From: Chlorobium sp.
Lineage (GTDB): Bacteria > Bacteroidota > Chlorobiia > Chlorobiales > Chlorobiaceae
NCBI GenBank assembly: GCA_049317185.1
Contig: JBMOIS010000010.1
Location: 3,220-67,219, forward strand
Length of the DNA: 64,000 bases
Direction of reading: 5' to 3'
The notes below the pieces were generated by a model, which was given only the letters and a program-made list of their open reading frames with translations, did not search any database and was not told where the DNA came from. Position numbers and translations under genes: made by a program. Shown piece after piece: positions 49,753 to 59,750 of this stretch (positions within the stretch are counted from its first letter, which is position 1; every line of letters begins with the position of its first letter).

Positions 49753-51870
49753 ATGCAGAACCTTTGGAACGATGCTGAGCATCAATGCTTCGTCAAAGAG
49801 CAGTGCAGCTTACCCGAGATGCAGTCTGAACTGGCTGAATTGGTCTATGCATCCCGCCTTCTTGGCCGTGAAAGTTCACTGGTGATGCATGGCGGGGGTA
49901 ATACCTCCGTCAAGTGTGAATTGGTTGATATGGTTGGCAATCGAGCTGAAGTGCTCCTGATAAAGGCGAGTGGTGTTGATTTGAGCAGGGTCACCGGTCT
50001 CGACTATACACCGCTCAGATTGGGCCCGCTGCGTAAACTTGTTGAGTTATTCAGCCATAACGACAGTATCAGCGAAGAGGCACTTCGGCGTTTTTCAACC
50101 AAAGAGTTTAAATATCTGTTGTTGTTGAACATGTTTACCCTGAATGATCACCTGACAGAGAAGAGGCTGACACCTTCGATTGAAACACTCCTTCACGCTT
50201 TTCTTCCGCACCGGTTTATTCTTCATACTCATTCATTCGCCCTGCTGACGCTAAGCAATCAGCCCGACGGAGTCAGGCTCTGCAGCGAAACTCTTGGTGA
50301 AAGCTTTGGCTCAGTTCCCTATATCAAGCCAGGACTTGGACTTGCCCGGTCGGCAGCCAGTGTTTATGAGGCAAACCCGGAGATAAAAGGGCTGGTGCTT
50401 CAGAAGCACGGTCTGGTTACTTTCGGTTCAACTGCCCGTGAAGCCTATAGTCGAATGATTGAAGCTGTCAGTATGCTTGAAGAGCGGATTGCTGTGTCGG
50501 GCAGAAAAAACTTCCCATCGGCATCGTTGCCAGCGACTATTGCTTCTGTCGACGTGACGGCCCCCGTCATCAGGGGCGCTTGTGTTGAGGAGATGGCACC
50601 GGGGACTCGTGAGTATCATCAGTTCATTCTCGATTTCCGTACTTCCGCTGATATTCTTGAATATGTTAATAGTGCTGATCTGGTGCGCATGAGTCAAAAG
50701 GGTGCCATGACACCGGACTTTATTATCCGTACGAAAAACAAGCCGCTGGTTGTCTCTGCCCCTGATGCAAGTGACATTCCTGGATTCAAGGCAGCAGTAC
50801 ATGAGGCTGTCCAACAATACTGTCAAGAATATACCGAGTACTTTACCATTCAGCAGCAGGTTTCCGACATGAAGGTAACGATGCTCGACCCCCTGCCAAG
50901 AGTAGTACTGGTGCCAGGTCTTGGTCTTTTTGGACTTGGAAAAACCGCAGCATCTGCCGCCGTCAATGCAGACATAGCGACGTGCACTGCGTCCGCCATT
51001 CTTGATGCCGAATCACTCGGTACTTTTGAAACCATCAGTGACCGTGAAGCTTTTGAGATAGAGTACTGGGACATGGAACAGGCCAAAATGAACAAGGTTC
51101 ATCACGATGTTTTTGCTGGCAAGGTTGTTTTGGTTACCGGGGCCGCAAGTGGCATAGGACTTGCGACAGCCAAAGCCTTCCGCCAGAAAGGGGCCGAACT
51201 GGTTCTTCTTGACCTGACCAGTGAATCACTCGACAGGGCGGCACAAGAGCTTGGAGGCAACGTCCTTACTCTCACCTGTGATGTTACCTCCAGGGCAGAG
51301 GTTCACGCAGCATTCGATGCAGCCTGCCGCCGTTTTGGTGGAGTGGACATTATTGTGTCCAATGTTGGTGCCGCCATTCAGGGACGCATTGGCGAAGTCG
51401 CAGACGATCTGCTCCGTAAAAGTTTTGAACTTAACTTTTTTCAACACCACTCCATTGCCCAGGAGGCCGTCAGGGTGATGAAACTGCAGGGCACGGGTGG
51501 AGTACTGTTGTTCAACGTTTCAAAACAGGCGGTCAATCCAGGCCCGGATTTTGGACCTTATGGTTTGCCAAAAGCGGCGACCATGTTTCTTGTGCGTCAG
51601 TATGCGCTGGATCATGGCCGTGACGGTATTCGTGCAAACGGGATCAATGCGGATCGTATTCGCAGCGGTCTGCTTACTGAAGAGATGATCAAGGCCCGCT
51701 CAACCGCCCGGGGTCTGAGTGAGCGGGAGTATATGGCCGGCAATCTGCTGCAGCTTGAAGTGACCGCAGAAGATGTCGCAGAAGCTTTTGTGCACCTTGC
51801 GCTTGAAACCAGGACGACCGGATCAATTACCACAGTGGATGGCGGCAACATTGCTGCTGCGCTCCGCTGA
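49753..51870 (+). CDS. Bifunctional class II aldolase / short-chain dehydrogenase (RhaD-SDR fusion type)
   Basis: HGGGNTSVK, PSIETLLHA...HTHS metal motif, KHGL, then SDR VTGAASGIG and YGLPK. Confidence 0.9.
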   Translation: MQNLWNDAEHQCFVKEQCSLPEMQSELAELVYASRLLGRESSLVMHGGGNTSVKCELVDMVGNRAEVLLIKASGVDLSRVTGLDYTPLRLGPLRKLVELFSHNDSISEEALRRFSTKEFKYLLLLNMFTLNDHLTEKRLTPSIETLLHAFLPHRFILHTHSFALLTLSNQPDGVRLCSETLGESFGSVPYIKPGLGLARSAASVYEANPEIKGLVLQKHGLVTFGSTAREAYSRMIEAVSMLEERIAVSGRKNFPSASLPATIASVDVTAPVIRGACVEEMAPGTREYHQFILDFRTSADILEYVNSADLVRMSQKGAMTPDFIIRTKNKPLVVSAPDASDIPGFKAAVHEAVQQYCQEYTEYFTIQQQVSDMKVTMLDPLPRVVLVPGLGLFGLGKTAASAAVNADIATCTASAILDAESLGTFETISDREAFEIEYWDMEQAKMNKVHHDVFAGKVVLVTGAASGIGLATAKAFRQKGAELVLLDLTSESLDRAAQELGGNVLTLTCDVTSRAEVHAAFDAACRRFGGVDIIVSNVGAAIQGRIGEVADDLLRKSFELNFFQHHSIAQEAVRVMKLQGTGGVLLFNVSKQAVNPGPDFGPYGLPKAATMFLVRQYALDHGRDGIRANGINADRIRSGLLTEEMIKARSTARGLSEREYMAGNLLQLEVTAEDVAEAFVHLALETRTTGSITTVDGGNIAAALR

Positions 51871-51925
51871 ACGACAGAGAGAGTAGAGAGTAACCATCAT
51901 AACCGAAAAGAGGAGATCGACCATC

Positions 51926-52807
51926 ATGGCAGAATACGATAAAGACAAACAGGCCAAAGAGTATTATCTTGACACCCCTGTCAACAACTACGGATTCTTT
52001 CTCAAGGGAGCACACTCTCTTGACTGGGGAATGAAGAATCGCCTCTCAAGAATATTTCGACCCGATACAGGCAAGACCGTGATGCTTGCTATTGATCATG
52101 GTTACTTTCAGGGACCTACCACCGGTCTTGAGCGTCCTGATGTCAATATTGTGCCGCTGATGCCCTATGCTGATGCGATCATGTTGACACGTGGTATTTT
52201 GCGCACCACTGTTCCACCAAGCCTTACCAGAGCGGTCGTCATGCGTTGCAGCGGAGGCCCGAGCATTCTCAAGGAGCTTTCTGATGAAGAGCTTGCCGTC
52301 GATATTGAAGATGCCATTCGTATGAATGTTGCGGCAATCACCCTGCAGATATTCATTGGTGGTGAATACGAGACCCGCTCAATACATAATATGACACGTC
52401 TGGTCGATATGGGCCTGCGTTATGGAATTCCAACCATGGCAGTGACTGCCGTTGGCAAGGATATGGTGCGCGATGCCAAGTATTTCCGGCTTGCCTGCCG
52501 TATGGCTGCCGAACTCGGTGCGCAGATTGTCAAGACCTATTATGTGCCGGAAGAGTTTGATACGATTACAGCTTCATGCCCTGTACCGATTGTTATGGCT
52601 GGCGGCAAGAAACTTCCTGAGCTTGAAGCACTCACGATGTCACGCAACGCTATTGATGAAGGCGCATCAGGTGTTGATATGGGCCGTAATATTTTTCAGA
52701 GTGATTCCCCGCTTGCCATGATGAAAGCGGTTAACAAGGTGGTGCATGAGCAGATGAGTCCAAAGGATGCCTACGACTATTTCAATACCATAAAGGCTGA
52801 AGGATAA
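51926..52807 (+). CDS. lsrF: LsrF-like 3-hydroxy-5-phosphonooxypentane-2,4-dione thiolase (class I aldolase fold)
   Basis: [27 protein letters not shown], catalytic [20 protein letters not shown]. Closely matches my recollection of E. coli LsrF. Confidence 0.88.
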   Translation: MAEYDKDKQAKEYYLDTPVNNYGFFLKGAHSLDWGMKNRLSRIFRPDTGKTVMLAIDHGYFQGPTTGLERPDVNIVPLMPYADAIMLTRGILRTTVPPSLTRAVVMRCSGGPSILKELSDEELAVDIEDAIRMNVAAITLQIFIGGEYETRSIHNMTRLVDMGLRYGIPTMAVTAVGKDMVRDAKYFRLACRMAAELGAQIVKTYYVPEEFDTITASCPVPIVMAGGKKLPELEALTMSRNAIDEGASGVDMGRNIFQSDSPLAMMKAVNKVVHEQMSPKDAYDYFNTIKAEG

Positions 52808-52893
52808 CGTACTTCTGTCAAAGTTCGATTTTTTTAATGGATACCCTTGAGCAACTTGCTGCATGCCGGGACAGGGGCGTATGATGTTTTTCT

Positions 52894-54192
52894 ATGAACA
52901 GAGAGGATATTAAAGGTTTTTTTGCTTCAAGAGAGCAGCTTCCTATGGCTGACTACCTGACGCTCGACTACTACCTGGAATGCGTGGGGGATATAGAGAT
53001 AGCCCTTGCTCATTTCTGCAGCGAACAATCTACGGCACAGTGGAAACGTGTTGGCCATGACGAAGACTTCCGTCCCAAATATGGGGCGAAGGTTATCAGC
53101 CTGACGGTTGAGGGGGAGCTTCCCGCGCTCAGCTATCCTGTCACTCATGCCGCAGCCGGTACTGTCCACGCATGCCGTGTCACTATTGCACATCCTCATC
53201 GGAATTTCGGGACAAAAATCCCGAATCTGCTCTCCGCAGTCTGTGGAGAAGGAGTCTTTTTTACTCCAGGAGTACCAGTGGTCAAGTTGCTTGATATCGG
53301 TTTTCCGGAGTCTTACCTTCTTGCTTTTGATGGGCCAAAATTTGGTATTGATGGCATACGCGATATTCTTCAAGCCTATAACAGGCCAATCTTTTTTGGA
53401 GTGGTTAAACCCAATATAGGGCTCAGTCCTGTTGACTTCGCTGAAATTGCCCGTCAGAGCTGGCTCGGTGGACTGGATATCGCCAAAGATGACGAAATGC
53501 TGGCCGATGTGGACTGGTCAACTCTTATTGAGCGATCTCATGCACTGGGAGAGGCAAGACGGAGCGCGGAACAGGAGACCGGTGAGCCGAAGATTTACCT
53601 TGCCAATGTGACCGATGAGGTTGACCGGCTGATTGAGCTGCATGATATTGCTGTCCGCAACGGAGCCAATGCCCTGCTGATCAATGCCCTCCCGGTGGGA
53701 CTCAGCGCTGTCAGAATGCTGGCAAAGCATACGAAAGTCCCTCTTATCGGTCATTTTCCTTTTATTGCAGCGTTCAGCCGGATGGAAAAATATGGTGTTC
53801 ACTCAAGGGTCATGACCAAACTGCAACGCCTTGCCGGTCTTGATTCAATTATCATGCCTGGATTTGGCAACAGGATGATGACACCGGAAGAGGAGGTCAA
53901 AGAGAATATCAAAGAGTGTCTGCAAGAGTTCGGTCATCTCCGCCGTTCACTTCCTGTTCCGGGTGGCAGCGATTCTGCCTTGACACTCGAAGGGGTGTAC
54001 CGTAAAGTCGGCAGTGTTGATTTTGGCTTTGTGCCTGGTCGTGGTATTTTTGGTCATCCCATGGGTCCAAAAGCTGGTGCGACGAGCATCCGTCAGGCAT
54101 GGGAGGCGATAGAGCAGGGTATTGAGCTTGAAACGTATGCAGTCGGTCGGCCGGAACTTCAGGTGATGGTTGACGGGGCCAACGGAAAATAG
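52894..54192 (+). CDS. RuBisCO-like protein, form IV (IV-Photo type)
   Basis: [24 protein letters not shown] (carbamylated-Lys motif), [20 protein letters not shown]. No small subunit gene. Confidence 0.93.
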   Translation: MNREDIKGFFASREQLPMADYLTLDYYLECVGDIEIALAHFCSEQSTAQWKRVGHDEDFRPKYGAKVISLTVEGELPALSYPVTHAAAGTVHACRVTIAHPHRNFGTKIPNLLSAVCGEGVFFTPGVPVVKLLDIGFPESYLLAFDGPKFGIDGIRDILQAYNRPIFFGVVKPNIGLSPVDFAEIARQSWLGGLDIAKDDEMLADVDWSTLIERSHALGEARRSAEQETGEPKIYLANVTDEVDRLIELHDIAVRNGANALLINALPVGLSAVRMLAKHTKVPLIGHFPFIAAFSRMEKYGVHSRVMTKLQRLAGLDSIIMPGFGNRMMTPEEEVKENIKECLQEFGHLRRSLPVPGGSDSALTLEGVYRKVGSVDFGFVPGRGIFGHPMGPKAGATSIRQAWEAIEQGIELETYAVGRPELQVMVDGANGK

Positions 54193-54201
54193 CAGGTTCT
54201 C

Positions 54202-55026
54202 ATGGGGAAGCTCGACCACAAGGTTGCCGTTATTACCGGCTCTACCAGAGGGATAGGTAAAGCTATAGCCCGTGAATTTGTACGTGAAGGCGCAAAGGTG
54301 GTCATTACCTCCTCCTCTCATGCCAATGTTCAGTCGGTTGTATCGGAATTTCCTTTGGGTACAGCACATGGCTGTGTCTGCAATGTAGTCTCAATGGCTG
54401 ATATGGAACAACTTATCCTGGAGGCAACAGGCAGATTCGGCAAGGTTGACTGTTTTATTAACAATGCAGGGATTTCCGATTCCTTCGGGAGCATTACCGA
54501 GAGCGATCCAGATGAATGGGGAAAGGTCATTGACACCAATCTCAAAGGAACCTATAACGGGTGCCGTGCTGCAATCAGCTATTTTCTCAGAGAAAGCAGA
54601 AAAGGAAAGGTTATCAACATGGCAGGATCCGGGAGTGACAGAGGCTCAAATACTCCATGGATCAGTGCCTACGGTTCCACCAAGGCAGCCATAGCGCGTT
54701 TTACCTACGCCGTTGCCGAAGAGTATCGACAGACAGGAATCTCTGTCATGCTGCTGCATCCAGGGCTGGTTCGTACCGGCATGGTCAGCACCGGGAACCC
54801 TACGGTCGAACTGTCACGGCAGTTAGCCACGTTCAACACGATTCTTGATATTTTTGCCCAGCCTCCGTCCGTTGCAGCAAAGCTCGCCGTGAAACTTGCA
54901 TCAAGCTGGAGTGATTCCAAAACAGGCGTTTATCTTTCAGCCTTGAGTGGAAGAAGAAAAAAGGGGTTGCTTCTGACCTATCCCTTCCGTAAAATAACGA
55001 ACAGGATTGACCGTCGAACCTATTAA
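54202..55026 (+). CDS. Short-chain dehydrogenase/reductase
   Basis: ITGSTRGIG, NNAG, YGSTK catalytic motif. Confidence 0.9.
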   Translation: MGKLDHKVAVITGSTRGIGKAIAREFVREGAKVVITSSSHANVQSVVSEFPLGTAHGCVCNVVSMADMEQLILEATGRFGKVDCFINNAGISDSFGSITESDPDEWGKVIDTNLKGTYNGCRAAISYFLRESRKGKVINMAGSGSDRGSNTPWISAYGSTKAAIARFTYAVAEEYRQTGISVMLLHPGLVRTGMVSTGNPTVELSRQLATFNTILDIFAQPPSVAAKLAVKLASSWSDSKTGVYLSALSGRRKKGLLLTYPFRKITNRIDRRTY

Positions 55027-55039
55027 TTCGGGTATCGTC

Positions 55040-55549
55040 ATGAGAAAAGCGGGTGCAACGACAGCCATACTTTTTTTCTTTTTTTTTGCCATTCTTCAGG
55101 GCTGTTACAGCTTTACAGGAGGATCATTGCCAGCGCACCTGAAAACTATTGCAATTCCGGTGTTTGACGACCGTTCAGGGGCCGGGATTGCTCAATTCCG
55201 GATGGAACTTGCCAGAGGTCTTTGTGATAGAATAGAATCGCAAAGCCCGCTTCGCTTGACGCCATCCATTGCTCGTGCTGATGCCCTGCTTGAAGGATCG
55301 ATCATCTCCTTTTCTGATGTGCCAGGCCAGCTTTCCAGTACAACCGAGCGGGCTATGACAAACAGGATTACCATGGTTGTTCAGGTTACGATGGAAGATC
55401 GTGTCAAAAAAAAGGCGCTGTTTACACAATCGTTTGTCGGATTTGCCGACTATCCTGCGGGGAACTCTGTTTCGCAGCAGGAGGCAATTCGATTTGCCAT
55501 TGGCCAAATTGTTGAAGGGATTTTTGACCGGGTTGTCTCTGGATGGTAA
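55040..55549 (+). CDS. lptE: LptE family lipoprotein
   Basis: Lipobox LQGC followed by YSFTGGSLPAHLKTIAIPVF, typical of Bacteroidota/Chlorobiota LptE. Confidence 0.78.
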   Translation: MRKAGATTAILFFFFFAILQGCYSFTGGSLPAHLKTIAIPVFDDRSGAGIAQFRMELARGLCDRIESQSPLRLTPSIARADALLEGSIISFSDVPGQLSSTTERAMTNRITMVVQVTMEDRVKKKALFTQSFVGFADYPAGNSVSQQEAIRFAIGQIVEGIFDRVVSGW

Positions 55550-55651
55550 AATTGGCGCATTGCAAGAGGAACGGAAGGTGATTCAGATTTTTTTTATTAC
55601 AATGACGATGTAAAGCCTGTGGTATGCAGGTATCCACTAAAGGAGGTTGTT

Positions 55652-56077
55652 ATGGGAACAGACAAGAATGTTGAGTACCGTCTTGAACTTGCTCGAGGGT
55701 TTCTGAATGAGGCGGAGCAGGATTATTCTCTCAGGCGCTGGCGAGCGTGTGTTTCAGATTCTATTCTCGTGATAGAACATACAGGCCTTGCCGTGCTGAT
55801 GCTCTTTGGTGTCTCTCCCTTGACCCATAAGCCGGGCAAGCATTTGTCACAACTGATTTCAGAGGGAACCGTAGCATACGATGTTGCGGCGCTCATTGAA
55901 CAGATTCTTCCGGAGCTTGAAACGTTTGATTCGCACGAAAAAATGCTTGCAAAATACGGAGACGAGTTATCTTACAGGCTTCCCTGGGAGCTTTTTGGCG
56001 AAGAGCAGGGTGGATTGGCTATTGAGGCTGCCCGCAAGTGTATGCGCTTGAGTCAGGATATGGCCGGGCTGCTGTAG
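55652..56077 (+). CDS. Stand-alone HEPN domain protein
   Basis: All-helical ~140 aa. RLELARGFLNEAE...VIEH..LAVL..FG..P.TH pattern, KYG, E..G.AIEAA. Strong AAGGAGGT ribosome-binding site at 55640-55647. Confidence 0.7.
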   Translation: MGTDKNVEYRLELARGFLNEAEQDYSLRRWRACVSDSILVIEHTGLAVLMLFGVSPLTHKPGKHLSQLISEGTVAYDVAALIEQILPELETFDSHEKMLAKYGDELSYRLPWELFGEEQGGLAIEAARKCMRLSQDMAGLL

Positions 56078-56131
56078 TAATTTATAGATTTGTGATGTTG
56101 ACCGGGCGGATTGTAACAAAAAAAATAAGTT

Positions 56132-57010
56132 ATGAAAGGAATTATTCTGGCAGGAGGCTCTGGTACCAGACTCTATCCGGTCACAAGGGGAATATCGAAA
56201 CAGCTCCTTCCGGTTTATGACAAGCCCATGATCTACTATCCCCTGACGACGCTGATGCTTTCGGGGATACGGGATATTCTTGTTATCACCACATCTGAGG
56301 ATCAGCCGATGTTTATGAAACTGCTTGGGGATGGCCGTGACTGGGGTATTTCCCTCTCTTATATAGTGCAGCCCTCTCCCGACGGGCTTGCCCAGGCGTT
56401 CATCCTTGGTGAGGCATTTATTGGCAGTGATGACGTTGCTCTTATTCTTGGCGATAATATCTTTTTTGGTTACGCATTCAGTGCAATGCTTGAGGCGGCT
56501 GCAGGGTTGGTAGAAAAAGAGCGTAAGGCAACGATATTTGGCTATTATGTCAGTGATCCGGGGCGTTATGGTGTTGCAGAACTTGATGCTGAGGGAAATG
56601 TGCTCTCTCTTGAAGAGAAGCCTCAGAATCCGAAATCAAATTATGCTGTGGTCGGGCTCTATTTTTATCCCAACAGTGTGGTAGAGATCGCAAAACAGGT
56701 GCGTCCATCCTCACGGGGAGAGCTTGAAATCACGGCGGTTAATGAGGCCTATCTGATAAAGGGTCAGCTCAAGTGTTCCATGCTGGGGCGCGGATTTGCC
56801 TGGCTTGATACCGGAACGCATGAGTCATTTCAGGAGGCAGGGAGTTTTATTCAGACTGTGGAAAAAAGGCAGGGATTGAAAATTGCCTGCCCTGAAGAGA
56901 TCGCTTGGCGAAATGGCTGGATTACAGACGAAAAGCTGTTGCAGTTGTCTGAACCATTGATGAAAAGTAACTACGGACAGTATCTGAAGCAGTTGTTGGT
57001 TCAACGGTAA
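56132..57010 (+). CDS. rfbA: Glucose-1-phosphate thymidylyltransferase
   Basis: [42 protein letters not shown]. Confidence 0.98.
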   Translation: MKGIILAGGSGTRLYPVTRGISKQLLPVYDKPMIYYPLTTLMLSGIRDILVITTSEDQPMFMKLLGDGRDWGISLSYIVQPSPDGLAQAFILGEAFIGSDDVALILGDNIFFGYAFSAMLEAAAGLVEKERKATIFGYYVSDPGRYGVAELDAEGNVLSLEEKPQNPKSNYAVVGLYFYPNSVVEIAKQVRPSSRGELEITAVNEAYLIKGQLKCSMLGRGFAWLDTGTHESFQEAGSFIQTVEKRQGLKIACPEEIAWRNGWITDEKLLQLSEPLMKSNYGQYLKQLLVQR

Positions 57011-57097
57011 CGTGCAGTTATGTTAAAAAAACAGGCAGTTTTTCTTGGCAGAGGCTCTTGTTGTGATTGGTGATTTCAATATATTTTCCCGGTATTT

Positions 57098-57688
57098 ATG
57101 CGTGTAATTGTTTCAACCATACCTGATGTCCTGATTTTTGAGCCGCAAGTGTTCGGTGACGATCGCGGCTATTTTTTTGAATCATTTCGCCAGGATCTTT
57201 TTGACCAGCACATCGGGAAGGTTGCGTTTGTACAGGATAATGAGTCGAAGTCAGGCTACGGGGTGCTTCGTGGCCTTCATTTTCAAAAACCCCCGTTTAC
57301 CCAGTCCAAGCTTGTTCGGGTGGTTTATGGGTCTGTGCTTGATGTTGCTGTTGATCTGCGTCTTGGTTCGCCGTGGTATGGCCATCATGTAGCCTGTGTG
57401 CTTGATGCCGAACGGAAAAATATGCTGTGGGTGCCGAAAGGGTTTGCGCACGGCTTTCTTGTGCTCTCTCCTGAAGCCGTTTTTGCCTACAAGTGCGACA
57501 GCTATTACGCTCCATCTCACGATGCCGGTATTCTTTGGAATGATCCAGCCCTTTGTATCGACTGGCGGCTTCCGGAAGTGGCGATCCGTGTTTCAGGCAA
57601 AGATGCCATACAACCGCAGTTTGGTTCGGTTGATCTGTTTCAGTACGACGATTTCAGACAGGAAAAACTTTATCCGGGGGCTTCATAA
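57098..57688 (+). CDS. rfbC: dTDP-4-dehydrorhamnose 3,5-epimerase
   Basis: FGDDRGYFFE, VLRGLHFQ, GFAHGF. Confidence 0.97.
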   Translation: MRVIVSTIPDVLIFEPQVFGDDRGYFFESFRQDLFDQHIGKVAFVQDNESKSGYGVLRGLHFQKPPFTQSKLVRVVYGSVLDVAVDLRLGSPWYGHHVACVLDAERKNMLWVPKGFAHGFLVLSPEAVFAYKCDSYYAPSHDAGILWNDPALCIDWRLPEVAIRVSGKDAIQPQFGSVDLFQYDDFRQEKLYPGAS

Positions 57689-58576
57689 TTGAATATTCTT
57701 GTTACAGGCAGCCGGGGTCAGCTTGGTTCTGAATTGCAGGAGCTGTCGGCTCTCTGTGACAACCATCGGTTTTTTTTCTATGATCTTCCTGAGCTTGATA
57801 TTACACGTCCCGACCAGGTTGTGTCACTTTGTCGTGACCATGACATAGAGGTGATTGTCAATTGCGCGGCATATACGGCTGTGGACAAGGCTGAAACAGA
57901 TGCTGGGATGGCATTCAGGGTGAACCGGGATGGATCGGAAGTCCTTGCTGTGTGCGCCAAAGAACGCAATGCCCTGCTGCTGCATCTTTCTACTGACTAT
58001 GTTTTTGATGGTTCCTCCAGTACCCCTTACCGGGAGAGTGATCCGGTTGCGCCACTTGGAGTGTACGGTCACTCAAAGTGGGAGGGTGAAGAGTGTATCC
58101 GTCAGATTGCACCGTCGCACATTATTATCAGGACATCCTGGCTTTACTCGATTTACGGTGTTAATTTTGTCAAAACCATGTTGCGCCTCGGTGCAGAACG
58201 GCCCGAGCTGAATGTTGTGGTTGACCAGATTGGAACGCCTACCTGGGGGGCAGATCTGGCAGCAACGATTATGTCGATTATTGAGCGGCATGACAGGGAT
58301 TTCCATTATGGAGTTACCTTCCATTACTCAAACGAAGGGGTTGCTTCCTGGTACGATTTTGCAAAAGCGGTTATGGATTTGGCAGGAGTTCCCTGCAAGG
58401 TTCTGCCGATAGAAAGCGCCCGGTATCCCCAGATTGCACCACGGCCACAGTACAGCGTTTTGAACAAGTCGGCAATTAAAAAGGAGTGGGCGATTGAAAT
58501 CCCCTACTGGCGCGATTCACTGGCAGCCATGATTCAGCGTTTGGCTGATGGAGGGGGCGTGAGCCATAACACGTAA
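57689..58576 (+). CDS. rfbD: dTDP-4-dehydrorhamnose reductase
   Basis: VTGSRGQLG, AAYTAVDKAE, STDYVFDG, YGHSK, PRPQYS. TTG start. Confidence 0.96.
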   Translation: MNILVTGSRGQLGSELQELSALCDNHRFFFYDLPELDITRPDQVVSLCRDHDIEVIVNCAAYTAVDKAETDAGMAFRVNRDGSEVLAVCAKERNALLLHLSTDYVFDGSSSTPYRESDPVAPLGVYGHSKWEGEECIRQIAPSHIIIRTSWLYSIYGVNFVKTMLRLGAERPELNVVVDQIGTPTWGADLAATIMSIIERHDRDFHYGVTFHYSNEGVASWYDFAKAVMDLAGVPCKVLPIESARYPQIAPRPQYSVLNKSAIKKEWAIEIPYWRDSLAAMIQRLADGGGVSHNT

Positions 58577-58670
58577 ATGTTTTTTTATCGGGAATGGTGT
58601 GGAGTACAGACCCCGTAGAGGCGACGACTTGGCTGCACGGGGAAGTTTTCAACAAATCATTAGCTCATCA

Positions 58671-59720
58671 ATGCATATTCTGATTACAGGGGGAGCGGGC
58701 TTTATCGGGTCGCATGTTGTCCGTCATTTTTTGACGAGATATCCCTCGTATACAATTACCAACCTCGACTGTTTGACGTATGCCGGAAACCTGGCCAATC
58801 TGAAAGATATTGAGCATCTGCCGAACTACAGGTTTGTCAAGGGGGATATCACCGACGGCGATTTTCTGATGCGCCTTTTTGAAGAGCACCAGTTTGACGG
58901 AGTGATTCATCTGGCAGCAGAGTCGCACGTTGATCGCTCAATTGCCAATCCGACGGAATTTGTGGTGACCAATGTGCTTGGCACGGTCAATCTGCTCAAT
59001 GCAGCCAAGGCCTCCTGGCAGGGAGATTATGAGAGCAAGAGGTTCTACCATATCTCAACCGATGAGGTTTACGGTTCACTCGGCAAGGAGGGGATGTTTA
59101 CCGAAGAGACACCTTACGATCCCCATAGCCCCTACTCAGCCTCAAAAGCCTCCTCCGACCATTTTGTCAGGGCCTGGCACGACACCTTCGGCTTCCCCGT
59201 GGTGATCAGCAACTGTTCAAACAACTACGGTTCATTCCAGTTTCCCGAAAAGCTCATCCCTCTATTTATCAACAATATCCTCCACCAAAAACCGCTTCCG
59301 GTCTACGGCAAAGGAGAAAATATCCGCGACTGGCTCTGGGTTGTTGACCATGCCCAGGCTATTGATGTGATCTATCACCAGGGCAAAACAGGTGAGACCT
59401 ACAATATTGGTGGCCATAATGAATGGAGTAATATCGATCTTGTCAGACTGCTTTGCCGTATCATGGACACAAAGCTCAGACGGGATGCCGGAGAATCTGA
59501 AAAATTGATTACTTATGTGACTGACAGGGCCGGTCACGACCTTCGTTATGCTATCGATTCGTCAAAATTACAACGCGAACTTGGCTGGGTTCCTTCTATA
59601 ACATTTGAAAAAGGGCTTGAGCTGACGGTGGAGTGGTATCTCTCAAATGGTGAGTGGCTCAACAATGTCACCTCGGGCAGCTACCAGCATTATTACGAAA
59701 AAATGTATGGTGGCCGGTGA
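58671..59720 (+). CDS. rfbB: dTDP-glucose 4,6-dehydratase
   Basis: ITGGAGFIG, AAESHVDRS, STDEVYG, YSASK, RDWLWV. The start is the ATG at 58671. Confidence 0.97.
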   Translation: MHILITGGAGFIGSHVVRHFLTRYPSYTITNLDCLTYAGNLANLKDIEHLPNYRFVKGDITDGDFLMRLFEEHQFDGVIHLAAESHVDRSIANPTEFVVTNVLGTVNLLNAAKASWQGDYESKRFYHISTDEVYGSLGKEGMFTEETPYDPHSPYSASKASSDHFVRAWHDTFGFPVVISNCSNNYGSFQFPEKLIPLFINNILHQKPLPVYGKGENIRDWLWVVDHAQAIDVIYHQGKTGETYNIGGHNEWSNIDLVRLLCRIMDTKLRRDAGESEKLITYVTDRAGHDLRYAIDSSKLQRELGWVPSITFEKGLELTVEWYLSNGEWLNNVTSGSYQHYYEKMYGGR

Positions 59721-59750
59721 CAATAATTATTTAAAGAGAGGATCGTTTTT

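Noticed and set aside
52894-54192. CO2-fixing RuBisCO / Calvin cycle
   Set aside because: The sequence is form IV (RLP) with no rbcS or prk nearby, and green sulfur bacteria fix carbon by the reverse TCA cycle.
56095-56131. ops/JUMPstart element before rfbA
   Set aside because: GGGCGGATTG does not match GGCGGTAG.
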